A stretch of 63,972 nt of DNA, the filler included, from Circinaria calcarea (lineage: Eukaryota), in the NCBI GenBank assembly GCA_051942165.1. It is 5 parts of 5 records of this genome, joined end to end, with 100 filler letters (N's around TTAATTAATTAA, not from the genome) between each part and the next. Parts side by side here need not be neighbours in the genome. Positions count along the whole stretch, not along the records: positions 1 to 12,729 come from JAVECS010000544.1; positions 12,830 to 25,554 come from JAVECS010000545.1; 3 more parts are not named here. One strand, written 5' to 3'. The position numbers and the translations under genes are program-made. Of this stretch, positions 1-14,097 are shown piece by piece (within the stretch, counting starts at the first letter, position 1; the number at the start of each line of letters is the position of its first letter). The notes below the pieces were generated by a model that did no database searches, was not told the origin of the DNA, and was given only the letters and a program-made list of their open reading frames with translations.

Positions 1-3000
1 ATATTCCAATCGACTTGAAAACAATTGCCCTTGGGGCACTTGAAGCTCTTGCCAAACACAAGAGCAAGGCTGCGGATGTTAGTGCCGCACTGAGCATCAA
101 CGTCAATCATGGTGTGCTGTTGTACGTTCTTCGAAAAGCAGCAGCCGATCTAGCCGTTGAGGATCTCGAGGGCGAGTCAATGGAAGCCGATGAGTGGCGC
201 GACGCTTTGTTCTCCCTTCTCGAAGTTTTGCAACCATCTGGACCGCGAACAGCCGAGTCTCTTGTTGCTGCCGGGTTGCTCGATGTTCTTATCGAGATTC
301 TGACTCTTCGTACTGAGAAAGCAGAGCGCAACCACCCCAAGGTTTTGACTTTCTTGAATACTGTTCTCTTTTCTGTTCGAGATGCGTTTCAAACATTTGC
401 AAACTCGAAAGGTCTGGACGCTATATCCGACCTCACTGCTTGGGAAGTCTCATCGGCACTTGAACGCACCAAGGCAGGTCAAGGTATACCAGAGCAATAT
501 CGAAATCAAATCATGGATTATCGAATGCCCTACTTCCAGCAGCAAACCTTGCGGATGCTATTCAAAGTCATAAATCACATGATGTCGCATGGAAACGTCA
601 ATTTTGATAGGCTGCTGCGGAACCTGGTCGACTCCCCGCAATTACTCAATGGACTCCTCGTTGTTATCTCCAATGCGCCAATTTTTGGCTCTATTGTGTG
701 GAGCGGTGCTGTCAACATTCTCAGCAGTTTCATACATAACGAGCCTACTAGTTATGCAGTCATCGCAGAAGCTGGTTTGAGCAAGGGTTTCCTCGAAGCA
801 ATCACTCTGCAGAGTATCGATACCACCGACCCTAGTACAGCCCTCGTTCCAGTTGGTAATGGAGATTCAAACTTGGACATTATGGCACTTCCGAATAAAC
901 CAGCTCTGACGCGACAAGAATTATCGAAGCTAAAGTCATCTCGCAAAGCTAACAAGCGCCTGGCTGAGGGCATTCTTCCAGCATCCGATGCGATAGTACC
1001 TATACCCCATGCATTTGGAGCAATATGTTTAAATGCTGCCGGACTGGATCTTTTCCTAAAGTCTGGCGCTCTTGACAGCTTTTTCGAAATCTTTGAGAGC
1101 CCCGACCATCTCAAAACCCTAACAGCAGACACCGATCTGCCCAAAATGTTAGGTAGCTCGTTCGATGAACTCGTGAGGCATCATCCTCGGTTAAGATCAG
1201 CCGTCATGCGCGCAGTCATCTCGATGTTGGCTCGTGTTACCGACCATTGCAGAACTAGTTCGAAAGACTCTGGTGCTAAGCTTCTGGCCGTAGATAACGC
1301 AATGGATATATCTCAAGCTCCTATCTCCAATAAAGACGATGCAGACCAAAGCATGAGTGACGTTACTTCTATGCACGACGGTGCGGAACATGGAGCGGTT
1401 TGCGATGGGAGTGCCGAGACAAAGATAGGACCAGCGGACGAGAATACGCAATCAAGTATCTCAGCGCAAATTAATGTCGCCACCAAGTTCCTTGGTGGAT
1501 TTCTTGAGAACCCTGCGCAATGCTCAAGCTTCATTGAAGGAGGTGGTGTCTGGATTCTTCTTGGACTCGCTACTCTTCCTAATTTACCATACGACTTCAA
1601 CAGCGATATTGCCAGTCAGGAAATCGCTAGGGTCATGCACATACTTATCGAACAGAAACCTCATCTTGTGCTGCCTTCCTTGGTAAAACGTACCCAACTC
1701 ACACTTGATGAGCTGATGCCCCTCATTCAGCATAGCGGTAACTCTGCTCTTTTCTCAAATTTCGTAAGTGAAGGCGTGGCCGCAGGAAAGGGAAAGTCTC
1801 CAAGCATCGACCCACTGTCTCCTGATCAAGGCACTGCAATTGTCAAGAGCCTTGTTCAAGTTCACACCTTGTGCAATATCCTCTTCGAGACTTTCTTGAG
1901 TTCGAGCTATCACACTCCAACTCGATCAAACCATACACCTTTCACACAGCTGAATCTGACTGATATGTATATTCCTCTTGTGAAAAGTCTTGGCCGGTTG
2001 CATCGAGCTTGTGTATGGGAGGAAATCCTGTTACAGAAGAGTGTATCTGGCCAATTGAGAGAGTCTTTGGATCCCAATACCTCAAGTCTGACCGACACCG
2101 AAGTGGACGAAGCATCGAACTCGATTCTTCGGAGTGTAGCCAATGGAGAACCGGTGGCGGGTGCGGTTATAGATACTCTGAACTCCATGCGTTCGGCCGG
2201 TACATTGGATCCGTTTCCATCAGGATTGACCTCAGTACGAAGATCAGTCAAATCAGGCGCAGCGCAGGACGAAGAATCAGCCCAGTTTAGGAATATGCAG
2301 ACTCTCCGTTATCTTTTAAGCCAACTTCCATCATCTATTACACCCTTTCTCCAAGGCCTTGGAAAGTCCCTTGTATCAAAACGGAGACTTGAGCCCTATC
2401 CCCGCCAAAGCGCATATGCTGTCGCAGACGTAATTGCCGAAGCAACACTGGAACAACTACAATATGAAGCACCCAAAGTGTTCCCTTCTTCTCGAGATCG
2501 TTATGCATACTGGATCGTGGTCTTGACATCAATATCTCAATTGCTGATTGAAGCACCTATGGAGAAACCACATTCGCAATGCCTGACGTTGGTTCTACAA
2601 GCTTTTGCATCGAAAGGTGGACTGGGTGTCGTTAAGGATATCTTGGAAAGCTTCCTTGAGGAAGTCAGAGGAACCGGGAAAACTCCCGAACAAAGTATGG
2701 AAGAGGCAGGACGGTTGGCATCAGCATACGGAGGTGTCAAGATTATTCTTACATTTTTCACCCAGATTACCTCTTCCAGATGCATTGTGGATTCTACCCA
2801 AACTCAATATCTTATAGCATCTGGCGACCGCGACCGGGAACAACCCTATTATTTTCTCCCAGCCCAACTCCTCGTCGAACTACGAATGGCTGTTTTACCT
2901 GTCGTCAGATCTATGTGGGACAGCAATTTTGTCGATAAAGCATCAACCTCAATCTTAAAATGCTTAATCGAGATACTAAAGACCATTCTTGATGGCGAGC

Positions 3001-6000
3001 AAGAGCAGGGCGCGTTCAAGAGGTCAGATAAGGTTCCTGTCCGTAGTAAAGCTTCGTTTAGGGTTTTGAGTGCCTCGCCAGAGAAAGAGAACGCCCTAAA
3101 AGCAAAGGGGTATGAGCAATCTCTTGCTCGCGAAGCTCTCTATCGGTGCTTCAACAACAGAGAGATGGCAGACGAGTATTGCAGAGCCCATCGTAATTAT
3201 CAGGACCTTCCAAGGATCCCTCCGCCACTACATGACCAGGAAAAGCCAAGAAGTCCCTCGCCAGTCAGGACTCCACGGCGGCAAGACTCCGAAGCGACTA
3301 TTCCTGACACTGAACATGCGTCACTATCAGAGGAAATTTCGCAATGGGCGACGGCAACTGCAGACTCCCACAGTGGTACTCCTTATGGGGCTACTCCCAC
3401 CGGTGACGCTGGACGCGAGCCTCTCGCTTGGGATGAAGCTAACCAGGAAGCATCTGCATCTGATTCTGCGCCACTACCACCACCTGCCCCCGGTTGGCCG
3501 TCTGGCGCTGATATCGATGATGGGGATGATATGACGATGAGTATCGATCACATCCGAAACATTACCAACATACTCAACAACAGCTTGTCCGCCACCATGA
3601 CGCCTCCCAACCCACCCATCAATGTCGCTACCCCAACCGTTCGAGGTAATCAGACAGATGCGGTGGACTTGCCGGGTTTCATCACGATTGATGATCTCGA
3701 AGATGAACGATCAGCGGTCAGAAGGAATCTGATAGATCGTGCCCTAGACGTCCTAAACATCCATGGCGATATCACTTTCGAACTTGCTGATCTAATCACT
3801 GTTGGTGCTGCCAAGGCGCCCGATGCAGCAACGATGAGAAAGGAGATTGGCACTACTTTGGTGCAATCCTTGATATCTTTTCAAGATGAGGACTTCCGGC
3901 CCTCCGGTAAGAAGATCGCTGCCTACGCGAACCTACTAGCTCTTGTCATTCAGGAAAAGGACTTTTACGATGCTACTCTGGATGAGTTGAAGGATAATCT
4001 TCGCTCGCTTTTTGGATTTATCAAGGTCTTCCAAGATCAGACATCCGATGAAGCATCGCCATGGGTCGGCCAGATATTACTCATTGTCGAGAAGTTATTG
4101 GCAGAAGACGCTCAACCGCAGCAGATCAAGTGGACTCCACCAGGTAGTGAAAATACACAGGCTGACGATTCGATCGTCAGCATGGATGAACCCCTAATAC
4201 CTACCGACGAGAAAATCGAGCTTTTCGAGGCAGTCATAGAGATTCTACCTCGAATTGGAAAGGATGAATCGCTGGCACTATCCGTTGTTCGGGTACTTGT
4301 CATCTTATCAAGGAATCGTGAGATTGCAACCAGACTCGGCGAAAAGAAAAATATGCACCGGCTTTTCCTTGTGGTGAAACAATTATCTGGGACTGCGAAC
4401 GAAAAACTTCAGAGCTCGTTCATGCTTGTCCTTCGACACATAATCGAAGATCACGAGACCATGAAACAGATTATGAGTAGTGAAATAGCTGTGAACTTTG
4501 CTTCGAGGGCGACTCGACCTACAGATACTACTGGTTATGTGAGACAAATGTATCACTTAGTCCTTCGCTCGCCAGACATCTTTGTGGAAGTTACCAATGA
4601 GAAGCTCAAATTGCAAAAATTTGATCCAAACCAGCGACCTCAGGTTTTGAGCCTCAAGGTGGATCCCTCAGAAGCGTCAAAACAGGAAGAACCCAATGCT
4701 GTGGCGCAAACTATCGACGAGACCGCTGGGAGCGCGGAGGGCCAGTCGAATGAGGTGGTGGAACCATCTACCGAAGAACCAGGGGTCGCTTCTCTCGAGA
4801 ACTTGAAGAGCACAGACGCCAAGGCTCCTATAGTTGAGCATCCAGATGGCGTTATTCACTATCTGTTGAGCCAGCTTCTTTCTTACAAGGATGTTGAAGA
4901 TAAAGACCCAGATGTAGTATCCAGGGAGGGAATTAAAGAGTCTACGCCTACAATTACAAATGATGTGGAGATGACCAATGGTAGCACACCTAGCCCATCA
5001 GTGCCTGTCACGCCGTCAGAATCTATTCGAGATAAAAAAGTTGAAAAGCCAGAATTCAAGCTAGAGCAGCACCCAATCTTCGTCTACAGGTGCTTCTTGT
5101 TGCAGTGCTTAAGTGAGCTTCTGTCGTCGTACAATCGGACTAAGATTGAATTTATCAACTACTCTCGAAAGGCCGACCCGAAGGCGATGACACCCTCCAA
5201 GCCTCGCTCAGGCGTTCTCAATTATCTACTGAATGCTGTTATCCCTATCGGTACTCTCACCCAGGACGAATCTGTTCCCATTCGCAAAAAGTCCGCTACC
5301 TCACAGTGGGCGATATCAACAATCGTGGCACTATGCTCGAGAACGGGCGAAAAGGGCTATGATAAGAAACGCGATACGTCTGAGGATGAACCAGAGCCTG
5401 AGCTACTTTTTGTTCGCAAATTCGTTCTGGAGCACGCCTTGAAGGCGTACAAAGATGCCAATGCTTCAAACGAGCCTCTTGATATCAAGTATTCACGTAT
5501 GCTTTGCATCGCCGATCTATTCAACAAGATGCTCTCTGGGCGGGCGGTGCAGATTCAACTTCCCCACACAAATACGACCGACTTGGTGACTGCCTCCCAG
5601 AAGGAGATTGCCAGAATCATGTTTGAGAAAAACTTTATTTCTGCACTCACAAGTTCAATCGCCGATATTGATCTGAACTTTCCCAATTCTAAGCGGGCTA
5701 TCAAATACATCCTCAGGCCCTTAAAGGTGCTTACTCTGACTGCCATCAACTTAAGTGAGACTACAAGCATCTCCACTACCCCCGGACAGACAGACGAAGA
5801 CGAAATCTCAACAGCCTCATCAATATCTGATCTAAACGAGGAACGTGAAGAAACTCCAGACTTGTTTCGAAACTCCACACTTGGTATGCTTGAGCCCGGT
5901 CGTGATGCCGAGTCCAGCTCGGAATCATCTGATGGTGACGAAGACATGTACGATGACGAGTATGACGATGGAATGGAGTACGAAGAGGAAATTGAACGGG

Positions 6001-9000
6001 ATGGAGATGAGATTGTCAGTGACGAGGATGAAGAGATTGAAGGCGTTGGTCACTTGGAGGGCTTGCCAGGGGACGTGGCTATGGATGTCGAGGTTGTACT
6101 TGATGGCGAGGATGATGACCAAAGTGAAGATGATCCGGATGACTCCGAAGACATGGACGAAGACGAGGAGATCGAAATGATGGACGAGATCACTGGCGAT
6201 GATGGGCTCGATGTTGTGGCAGAGGGGGATGAAGATGAAGAAGAATGGCAGGATGAAGACGACGAGGCTGAGGGCTATGGTGCGGATGACGGCAATGACA
6301 ATGATTCCAGCCAGACACGAGACCATGATACCGCCGTACGAGACCTTGTCCGAGAGATGCAAAACGTTACCGGTACACTCCCACGACTCGACGGCGGCGG
6401 TCTCGAAATTGATATCGAGAATGAGGTTTACATGGACGATGTGGCCCGAGATGACGATGGTAGGTTCTAAATCCTGCTTCATTACGAAATGGCAACTGAT
6501 TTGTGGTAGATGCAGACGACGATGATGAAGAAGACGTGGACGATGAAGATGTCGTTTATGAACCTGACTATGAAGGTGAGTTCATCTTGGAGAACGACAC
6601 TAGCACGACGGTCCTGACTGTTGTAGCCGAGGATGGGATGACTGATCCGCCATGGGGTTGGGATACGGAGGACGACGGACCAATAACGCTGGCTAGAGGT
6701 CACCGTCACCACCACCATCATCCCGCACGCATACCAAGCCCCTGGACAATATTTCCGCCAGGGATGGATAGAGGGATGATTGGTAAGTCATTGTAGTCAT
6801 ACAGGTATGTCAAACTGACAGTGATAGTTCCTACGTATCGTTCGCATAGAGTTCCTGGTGCACCTCGTGGAGCGGACGACGGCACTAATCCATTGCTACA
6901 ACGAAATGACAGACCTGGCAATCCCGCAGGGCTTACGAGGAGAGATCGCGGGGGATTAATGGATCAAGCAGTAGGCATAAGCGACTGGGTTCATGGGATG
7001 GATCCGGGCTCTCATCGCGCTGGACCTGTGTCTTTTGTGAACAACATCATCTCGGCTATCGGACAAGGAGCGCCCGGATTCGGTACCATTGGTGGGCCTC
7101 ATGGAGCCTTGCATTTTCATATCGATGCCAACGGATCTCACGTTCAGCTCCCTCGGGAAATCCAGGCAGTCCTAGGTCTTCGCCGGCCACCTGAACCGGT
7201 CAGGGATTCCCGTGATGATCCCATGCGATCAGTAAGCTTTCTACCGGTATCTACCGTGACACGATGGCAGGAAGAGGCGCGACTACTCTTTGGCAACGCT
7301 TACAATGAAAAGACTCAGCGAGTAGTCAATTCGCTGCTCAAATTGCTTGTTCCCCCAGCAATAGAGGAGGAAAAGGTACGCAAAGAGAAAGAAGCCGAGG
7401 CCTTGAGAAAAGCAAAGGAAGAGCACGCGAAGGTAATGGAGGAAGAGCGTTTGGCGAAAGAAAGGGCGGAAAAGGAGAATCAGGAGACAAAGGAGCGAGA
7501 GGCTGCGGCCATCCAAGAGTCGGCTCCCACTGTCAGCCAGGAGCAAGCACAGGTGGAAGAACCCACTGCTATGGAAGGCGTAGAGTCGACCCAGGCTGAC
7601 GATACACCTGCTTCACTTCCGGATCTAGTGGTACCTGAAGCAAACCCTACAGAAGCTGGGCCTTCCGAACAAGCAGAGCGCGTACGTGCTACTTTCCGTG
7701 GGCGTGAAGTTGACATCACTGGACTTGGTATTGATCTGGAGTATCTCGATGCTCTACCTGAAGAGCTGCGGGAAGAGGTCTTGATGCAGCAGCTTGCCGA
7801 GCAGCGTTCTCAGGCCGCCGCCGCTGGGGAAGAGCCAACAGACATTAGTCGCGAATTTCTAGAGGCACTTCCGCCGGAGATCCGAGAGGAGCTTCTACAA
7901 CAGGAAGCGCAAGATCGCCGCCGTCGGGAGCGAGAAGAAAATCGCCGACGGGCCGCCGCAAGTGGTGGAGCGCCTGCCCCACGCGCCGAAGAGATGGATC
8001 CTGCAAGCTTTCTTGCTTCGCTCGATCCGCATTTGCGACAGGCCGTACTCATGGAACAAGATGAGGAGGTTCTTGCTCAGTTGCCCCAAGCAATCGCCGC
8101 CGAAGCCCGCGCCTTGGGCGGCGATCGTCTAATGCACCGTTGGGCTGACATGCCACGGCTCAATCGCACTCGTGGTCTTATTCGAGAAGGTCGCGTACCG
8201 GAGCATCTCATCAAGAAGCCTCCACGTCGACAAATCGTGCAGATGCTTGACAAAGCAGGCGTTGCAACATTGCTTCGCTTGATGTTTGTCCCGCAGCAAG
8301 GAAGCTCTCGGCAGAATCTTAATGACATCTTGCATAATGTATCACAGAATCGTCAAAACCGAGCAGAGGTGGTCAGCCTATTGCTTTCGATACTACAGGA
8401 TGGTAGCGCTGACGTAGGCGCCGTGGAGCGAAGTTTTCAGCACCTCTCACTCCGCGCAAAGCAGCAAGCCCCACAGAAAACTCCTCAACCCATCAAGCGG
8501 ACACTGACGGATCAAATGGCAACACCTACCAGTACAGAGATGACGCCGCTGATGGTCATCCAGCAGTGCTTGAGCACTCTGGTTCACCTTACAGAATCCA
8601 ATCCCCATATTCCTTCATTCTTCTTGACAGAGCACGAACCAGTGACAGGCTTCAAGAGCAAGTCCAGCAAAAAGGGCAAAAGCAAGGAGACACGAGCATC
8701 CAAGTTCGCCTTAAATGCTCTTCTCAGTCTGCTTGATCGTGAATTAATCATGGAAAGTTCAACGTGTATGGAGCAGCTCTCGGCTTTGTTGCAAAGCATC
8801 ACACACCCTCTCACAATGCTGCTTAGAAAGGAAAAGGACCAACCGGTCGGCAAATTGCCGAGTGGAGAGGCGTCACAAAATGCCGTTCAGCAAACTACAA
8901 GGACGGAGCAGGGTGACCAAACTTCGGAGGACACCCCTATGGTTGAGACTAACATATCTGCTACTGATATGAATGCTGAAGCGCCGTCGAATCCAACAGA

Positions 9001-11142
9001 TATCGGCAATGTCCCAGCAGAACAGATACCAGTGTCAGGACAGCCAGCGTCCACAGCGGCGGATATTCCAAAACCAGAGGACGATGACAAGCCGAAGAAA
9101 CAACGAAACCTGATGCCTCCTGTGGTCCCAGAATACAATCTCCGTTTAGTCATTAACATTCTCGCAGCAAGGGAATGTAGCGCGAAGACATTCCGTGATA
9201 CTTTGTCTACTATCAACAATCTATCAGCGATCCCAGATGCAAAAGAGACATTCGGCAGAGAGCTCATCAAACAAGCACAAGATCTTGGGGAATCTATTCT
9301 GCGCGACCTGGAGGATCTGGTTCCTCAGATCCATACTGCAGAAAGTGGCACAGATATTCAAGGCATGGCTCTAGCAAAATTCTCCCCTTCGTCTTCGGAT
9401 CAAGCCAAGCTCTTGCGAGTACTTACAGCTCTTGATTACTTGTTTGATCCAAAGCGTAATGGAGGCAAGACCAAGTCTGCCAGCGACAGTTCCTCTTTGG
9501 AGCATGATCCTTCAGTCATCAAAGACGATCTTCTAACCACGCTGTACGAAAACTCGACCTTCGGCCCTCTGTGGACCAAGCTAAGTGATTGTCTGAGCGC
9601 GATACGCCAACGTGAAAACATGCTCAACATTGCCACCATCTTGCTACCGCTCGTCGAGGCGCTGATGGTTGTCTGTAAAAACACTACGCTAAAGGAGACT
9701 CTTCTCAGTCGAGTGATTAAGGATTTTGCAGTCGCCAGTCCTCCACCCGAATCCCGGATGGAAAGCTTGTTCTTCAGGTTCACAGAAGATCATCGCAAGA
9801 TTCTCAATGATCTAGTCCGACACAATCCCAAACTCATGAGTGGTACGTTTTCGTTGCTGGTCAAGAATCCCAAAGTTTTGGAGTTCGACAACAAGCGCAA
9901 TTACTTTACGAGAAGCCTGCATGCCCGTGGTGCCGAAGTAAGACACGCCCAACCGCCATTGCAATTGTCCGTCAGCCGCAGCCAAGTCTTTGTGGATTCC
10001 TTCAGACAACTCTTCGGTAGGTCCGGTGACGAGATGAAATATGGCAAGTTGAGCATTCGATTTCGTGGCGAGGAAGGTGTCGATGCTGGGGGCGTCACCA
10101 GAGAGTGGTTTCAGGTCATGTCGAGGCAGATGTTCGATGCCAATTACGCCCTTTTCGTACCTGTTGCATCTGATCGGACAACGTTCCACCCAAACAAGCT
10201 GAGCCATGTCAATGAACATCATCTCCTATACTTCAAATTCATTGGTCGTGTAATTGGCAAAGCCCTTTACGAGGGGAGGGCACTGGACTGCCATTTCAGC
10301 AGGGCAGTTTACAAGCGAATGCTTGGCAAGCCGGTATCGATCAAGGACATGGAGACACTGGACCTGGACTACTATAAGTCGCTGCTGTGGATGCTTGAGA
10401 ATGACATAACGGACATCATTACGGAAACCTTCTCTATCGAGACAGACGATTTCGGTGTTCCCCAAATCGTTGACCTTATCGAGAACGGACGAAATGTGCC
10501 CGTTACTGAAGAAAACAAGCAAGAGTACGTTCAATCGGTGGTTGAGTATCGTCTGACTGGCTCGGTCAAAGTGCAACTAGAAGAGTTCCTCAAAGGTACG
10601 GTTTGAATATAACCCAACCGGTTGGCAACCGTGCTAACATCAGATAGGCTTCCACGACATTGTGCCTGCCGAACTGATTTCGATATTCGATGAGCAAGAA
10701 CTGGAATTACTAATCTCTGGTCTACCCGACATCGATGTTGACGACTGGAAGAATAATACTGAGTATCACAATTACTCTGCCTCATCGGCCCAAATCCAAT
10801 GGTTCTGGCGAGCAGTCCGGTCATTCGACAAGGAAGAACGAGCCAAACTCTTACAATTCGTCACAGGTACCAGTAAGGTTCCGCTCAATGGTTTCAAGGA
10901 ACTCGAAGGCATGAACGGCTTCAGCCGGTTCAATATCCATCGAGACTACGGCAATAAGGACAGACTGCCGAGTTCCCATACTTGCTTTAATCGTGAGTGC
11001 TTTGTGCATCGGCCGTGGTGTTGTGGATCATTGCTGACAGAAGGTAGAACTTGATCTTCCAGAGTATGACAGCTACGAAGCTCTCCGGCAACAAGTCTAC
11101 ATGGCCATGACGGCAGGAAGCGAGTACTTTGGTTTTGCCTAG
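1..11142 (+). CDS. TOM1: HECT-type E3 ubiquitin ligase TOM1/HUWE1/Ptr1-like, 5'-truncated, multi-exon
   Basis: ORFs 15-6470, 6821-10606 and 10662-11054 are joined by short GT-AG introns (~6460-6509, 6576-6627, 6783-6827, 10596-10647, 10993-11047). The protein has an N-terminal helical region ([15 protein letters not shown]), an acidic tract, UBM-like repeats ([15 protein letters not shown]), and a HECT domain ([30 protein letters not shown], catalytic LPSSHTCFN). It ends [11 protein letters not shown] at 11140-11142. Confidence 0.95.
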
Positions 11143-11685
11143 ATGTTTCTTGACGAAATTGCACGTAATCCGTTGGGCGGCATTTGCGGGCGCCTGGCTG
11201 TTGCATCTTAGCAAGCGATGGGCATAGCATACATACCATCTGAGCGACTTGCTGCCGTTCTCCACCGGATGATTTGATCTTAGCTTTTGGGTTGTACTTT
11301 ACTTGGCTGGACGTGTTCAGTATTCAGCCGATGGGACATGCAACGTGCAGGTTGCGTGCCCCATTTGCCTGCATGACAGAGGTCCTAGCTATTTCAATTC
11401 GCCTTGTAGATAGATAGCTTGAGAATGGAAAGTGGTTAAATTCAATCCATGCGTGTATCGTTAGTTCAATCGAGGGCATAAGTAATACAATCCGCGAGCT
11501 GTCATACCCAAGCTGTATACATATAGTACTCCCCAAAATACTTCCATGTGACGGTGAAAGTAACTTGAGTCCTGCGTGGTCCGTGCGTCCTCGTCCGCAA
11601 CCGACGCCATCATCTCTTCGCCGGGTGAGCAGAAGTTTCTTTCATTATCACCATGAAGCCGTGAACACCATTCTCGACGCCAATC

Positions 11686-12729
11686 ATGGCGACCAACTCC
11701 ATCAAATTGCTTACGGGCAACAGTCATCCACAGCTAGCCAAGCTGGTAGCCGATCAGTCGGTCTCACACATGCGCTTCAGCTCCAGTTGCAGGGCTAATA
11801 TGTCTAAAGCTTGGGCATCGAGCTGACCAAGATTATGGTCTTGCAGTACTCGAACCAAGAGACCTCAGTGACCATCGGCGAGTCGGTCCGAGATGAAGAT
11901 GGTACACTTTTGCGCCGTCCAACTGCTCTCGGTGTTAATCCACTAACCTTTTCCCCCGCCTCCCTCTCAGTCTTCGTGCTTCAGACCACCGCCCCCGGCG
12001 ACATCAATGACGGAATCATGGAACTCCTCATCATGATCTCCGCCTGCAAAACCGCCTCCGCGCGCCGCATCACCGCCGTCATCCCGAATTTCCCCTACGC
12101 CCGCCAGGACAAAAAGGACAAATCCCGCGCGCCCATTACGGCCAAGTTGATGGCCAATATGCTGCAGACGGCGGGGTGTAACCATGTGATCACCATGGAT
12201 TTACACGCGAGCCAGATCCAGGGGTTTTTTAACGTGCCGGTTGATAATTTGTATGCCGAACCGAGTACCTTGAGGTGGATTAGGGGGAACTTGGATGTGA
12301 AGGGGTGTGTGATTGTTAGTCCGGATGCTGGGGGAGCGAAGAGGTAGGTTCCCGTACCTTTACCTTGGAATATTTCCCACAGAAAACGAAGACTGGGTTG
12401 TGTATTCTTGGGGGGGCATTTGGCACAATCCTCAATCGATGTACTTACCCCTCCTCCCACCACAGAGCCACCTCCATCGCTGACCGCCTCGACCTCGGCT
12501 TCGCCCTCATCCACAAGGAGCGTCCCCGCCCCAACGAAGTCTCCCGCATGGTCCTCGTCGGCGACGTCCGCGGCAAAACCGCCATCCTCGTCGACGACAT
12601 GGCCGACACCTGCGGCACCCTGGTGAAAGCCGCCAACACGGTCATGGAGCACGGCGCGCGCGAGGTCGTCGCCATTGTCACGCACGGCATCCTCAGCGGG
12701 AACGCGCTCGAGGCCCTCAACGGCAGTCG
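11686..12729 (+). CDS. Ribose-phosphate pyrophosphokinase (PRPP synthetase), 3'-truncated at contig end
   Basis: Starts [18 protein letters not shown] and contains [33 protein letters not shown] and the PRPP-binding [13 protein letters not shown]. Several short introns; runs into the N linker. Confidence 0.95.
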
Positions 12730-12829
12730 NNNNNNNNNNNNNNNNNNNNNNNNNNNNNNNNNNNNNNNNNNNNTTAATTAATTAANNNNNNNNNNNNNNN
12801 NNNNNNNNNNNNNNNNNNNNNNNNNNNNN
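12730..12829. other. Artificial contig linker (N44-TTAATTAATTAA-N44)
   Basis: 100-nt spacer with a six-frame stop cassette; identical to the other three linkers. Confidence 0.99.
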
Positions 12830-13400
12830 GTATAGCACGTAGTATAATATAATACGTAGTATTATATGGAAATAACACGTAGTATAACACGCAGCATAAT
12901 TTAGCACGTAGTATAGCATAACACGTAGTATAATATAGCTCGCAGTATAGTTTGGAAAGAGTACGTAATATAGCATAATTCGCAGCATAGCATAGCACGC
13001 AGTATAGCATAGCTCATAGTATAGCATGGAAAGAGCACGTAGCATAGCATAGAAATAGCACTAGCACGCAGTATAGCATAGCTCGTAGCATAGCATAGCA
13101 CGTAGTATAATATAGCTCCCAGCATAGCATAGCTCGCAGCATAGCATAGCTCGCAGCATAGCATAGAGGATGGAAAGAGCACGTAATATAACATAACTCG
13201 CAGTATAGCATAGCTCGCAGCATAGCATAGAAATGGCACGTAGTATAGTACGCAGCATCGCATAGAAATGGCACGTAGTATAGTACGCAGCATAGTATAG
13301 CTGGCGGCATAGCATAGCTCGCAGCATAGCATGGAAAGAACACGCAGCATAGCATAGCTCGCAGTATAGCATAGCACGCAGCATAGCATAGTATAACAAG
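12830..13400. repeat. Degenerate satellite built from TAGCA pentamers with a ~17-bp higher-order unit (CGCAGCATAGCATAGCT)
   Basis: Dozens of TAGCA/TAGTA/TAATA pentamers, recurring CGCAG/CGTAG, and interspersed GGAAAGAGCACGTA. Variants are mostly C>T/G>A. Confidence 0.9.
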
Positions 13401-13473
13401 AAGCATAAAATAGTATAAGCTCAGCATAAAAGTTAGTACGCTACGCTGAATGTAGTAGATTTCTTTCCTATTC

Positions 13474-13545
13474 GAGCAAAAAACTAGGCTCAATTGAGTG
13501 AAAAACTAGGCTCGATTGAGCGAAAAACTAGGTCTGATCGAGCGA
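13474..13545. repeat. 22-bp tandem repeat, about 3.3 copies
   Basis: gagcaaaaaactaggctcaatt / gagtgaaaaactaggctcgatt / gagcgaaaaactaggtctgatc / gagcga. Confidence 0.9.
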
Positions 13546-14097
13546 TAAGCTAAACCTAATAAGGTAATTTCTGCGGCCCGAGTGAGAACACCGCAAAATT
13601 TTGGTTCGGTTCGGAAAACCTTGCGCCGAAGTTAAACCCTTCCACTCATTCTTCGTTTCAGGGCAATAACCACGTTATACTTACCACTCCGAGTTTCTAG
13701 TCGCTCTTCAGTACGGATTACTGTACCCGCATACTCCCGGTAATATAGGTTTAGTAACCATGTCATGCTCACCACGCCGAGTCAAAGGAATCCGAATCCC
13801 CCAACCTGTCGAAGCACCATTCACTCTTCCAACATGATAAAAATTATGCCAGCTACTCAGCTTTAACAGTCAAGCTCGCCCCAACACTATCGCTTCTCTC
13901 TCCAACATCTAGCACGTGTGTATGTCTGTTGTTGATCAAGCAATCTCGCCTCGCCGTTTCCTCACCGCCTGTCACTAGTCCCAGGCATCGCCAGCCATCC
14001 CTGCCCGTTTTCCGCAATCGGGCTTTTTTTATTCTTGCAAGCACAATTGGCCGTATATTCGTGGCAGTAGCGCTCGGCGTAACTTGTTTCTTTCAAA

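Noticed and set aside
12774..13493. Several Y/C/A/M/L-rich ORFs in the track
   Set aside because: They are translations of the TAGCA satellite and linker, not genes.
12830..13545. Possible CRISPR-like or telomeric array
   Set aside because: There are no unique spacers or cas genes, the context is eukaryotic, and there is no TTAGGG-type repeat.
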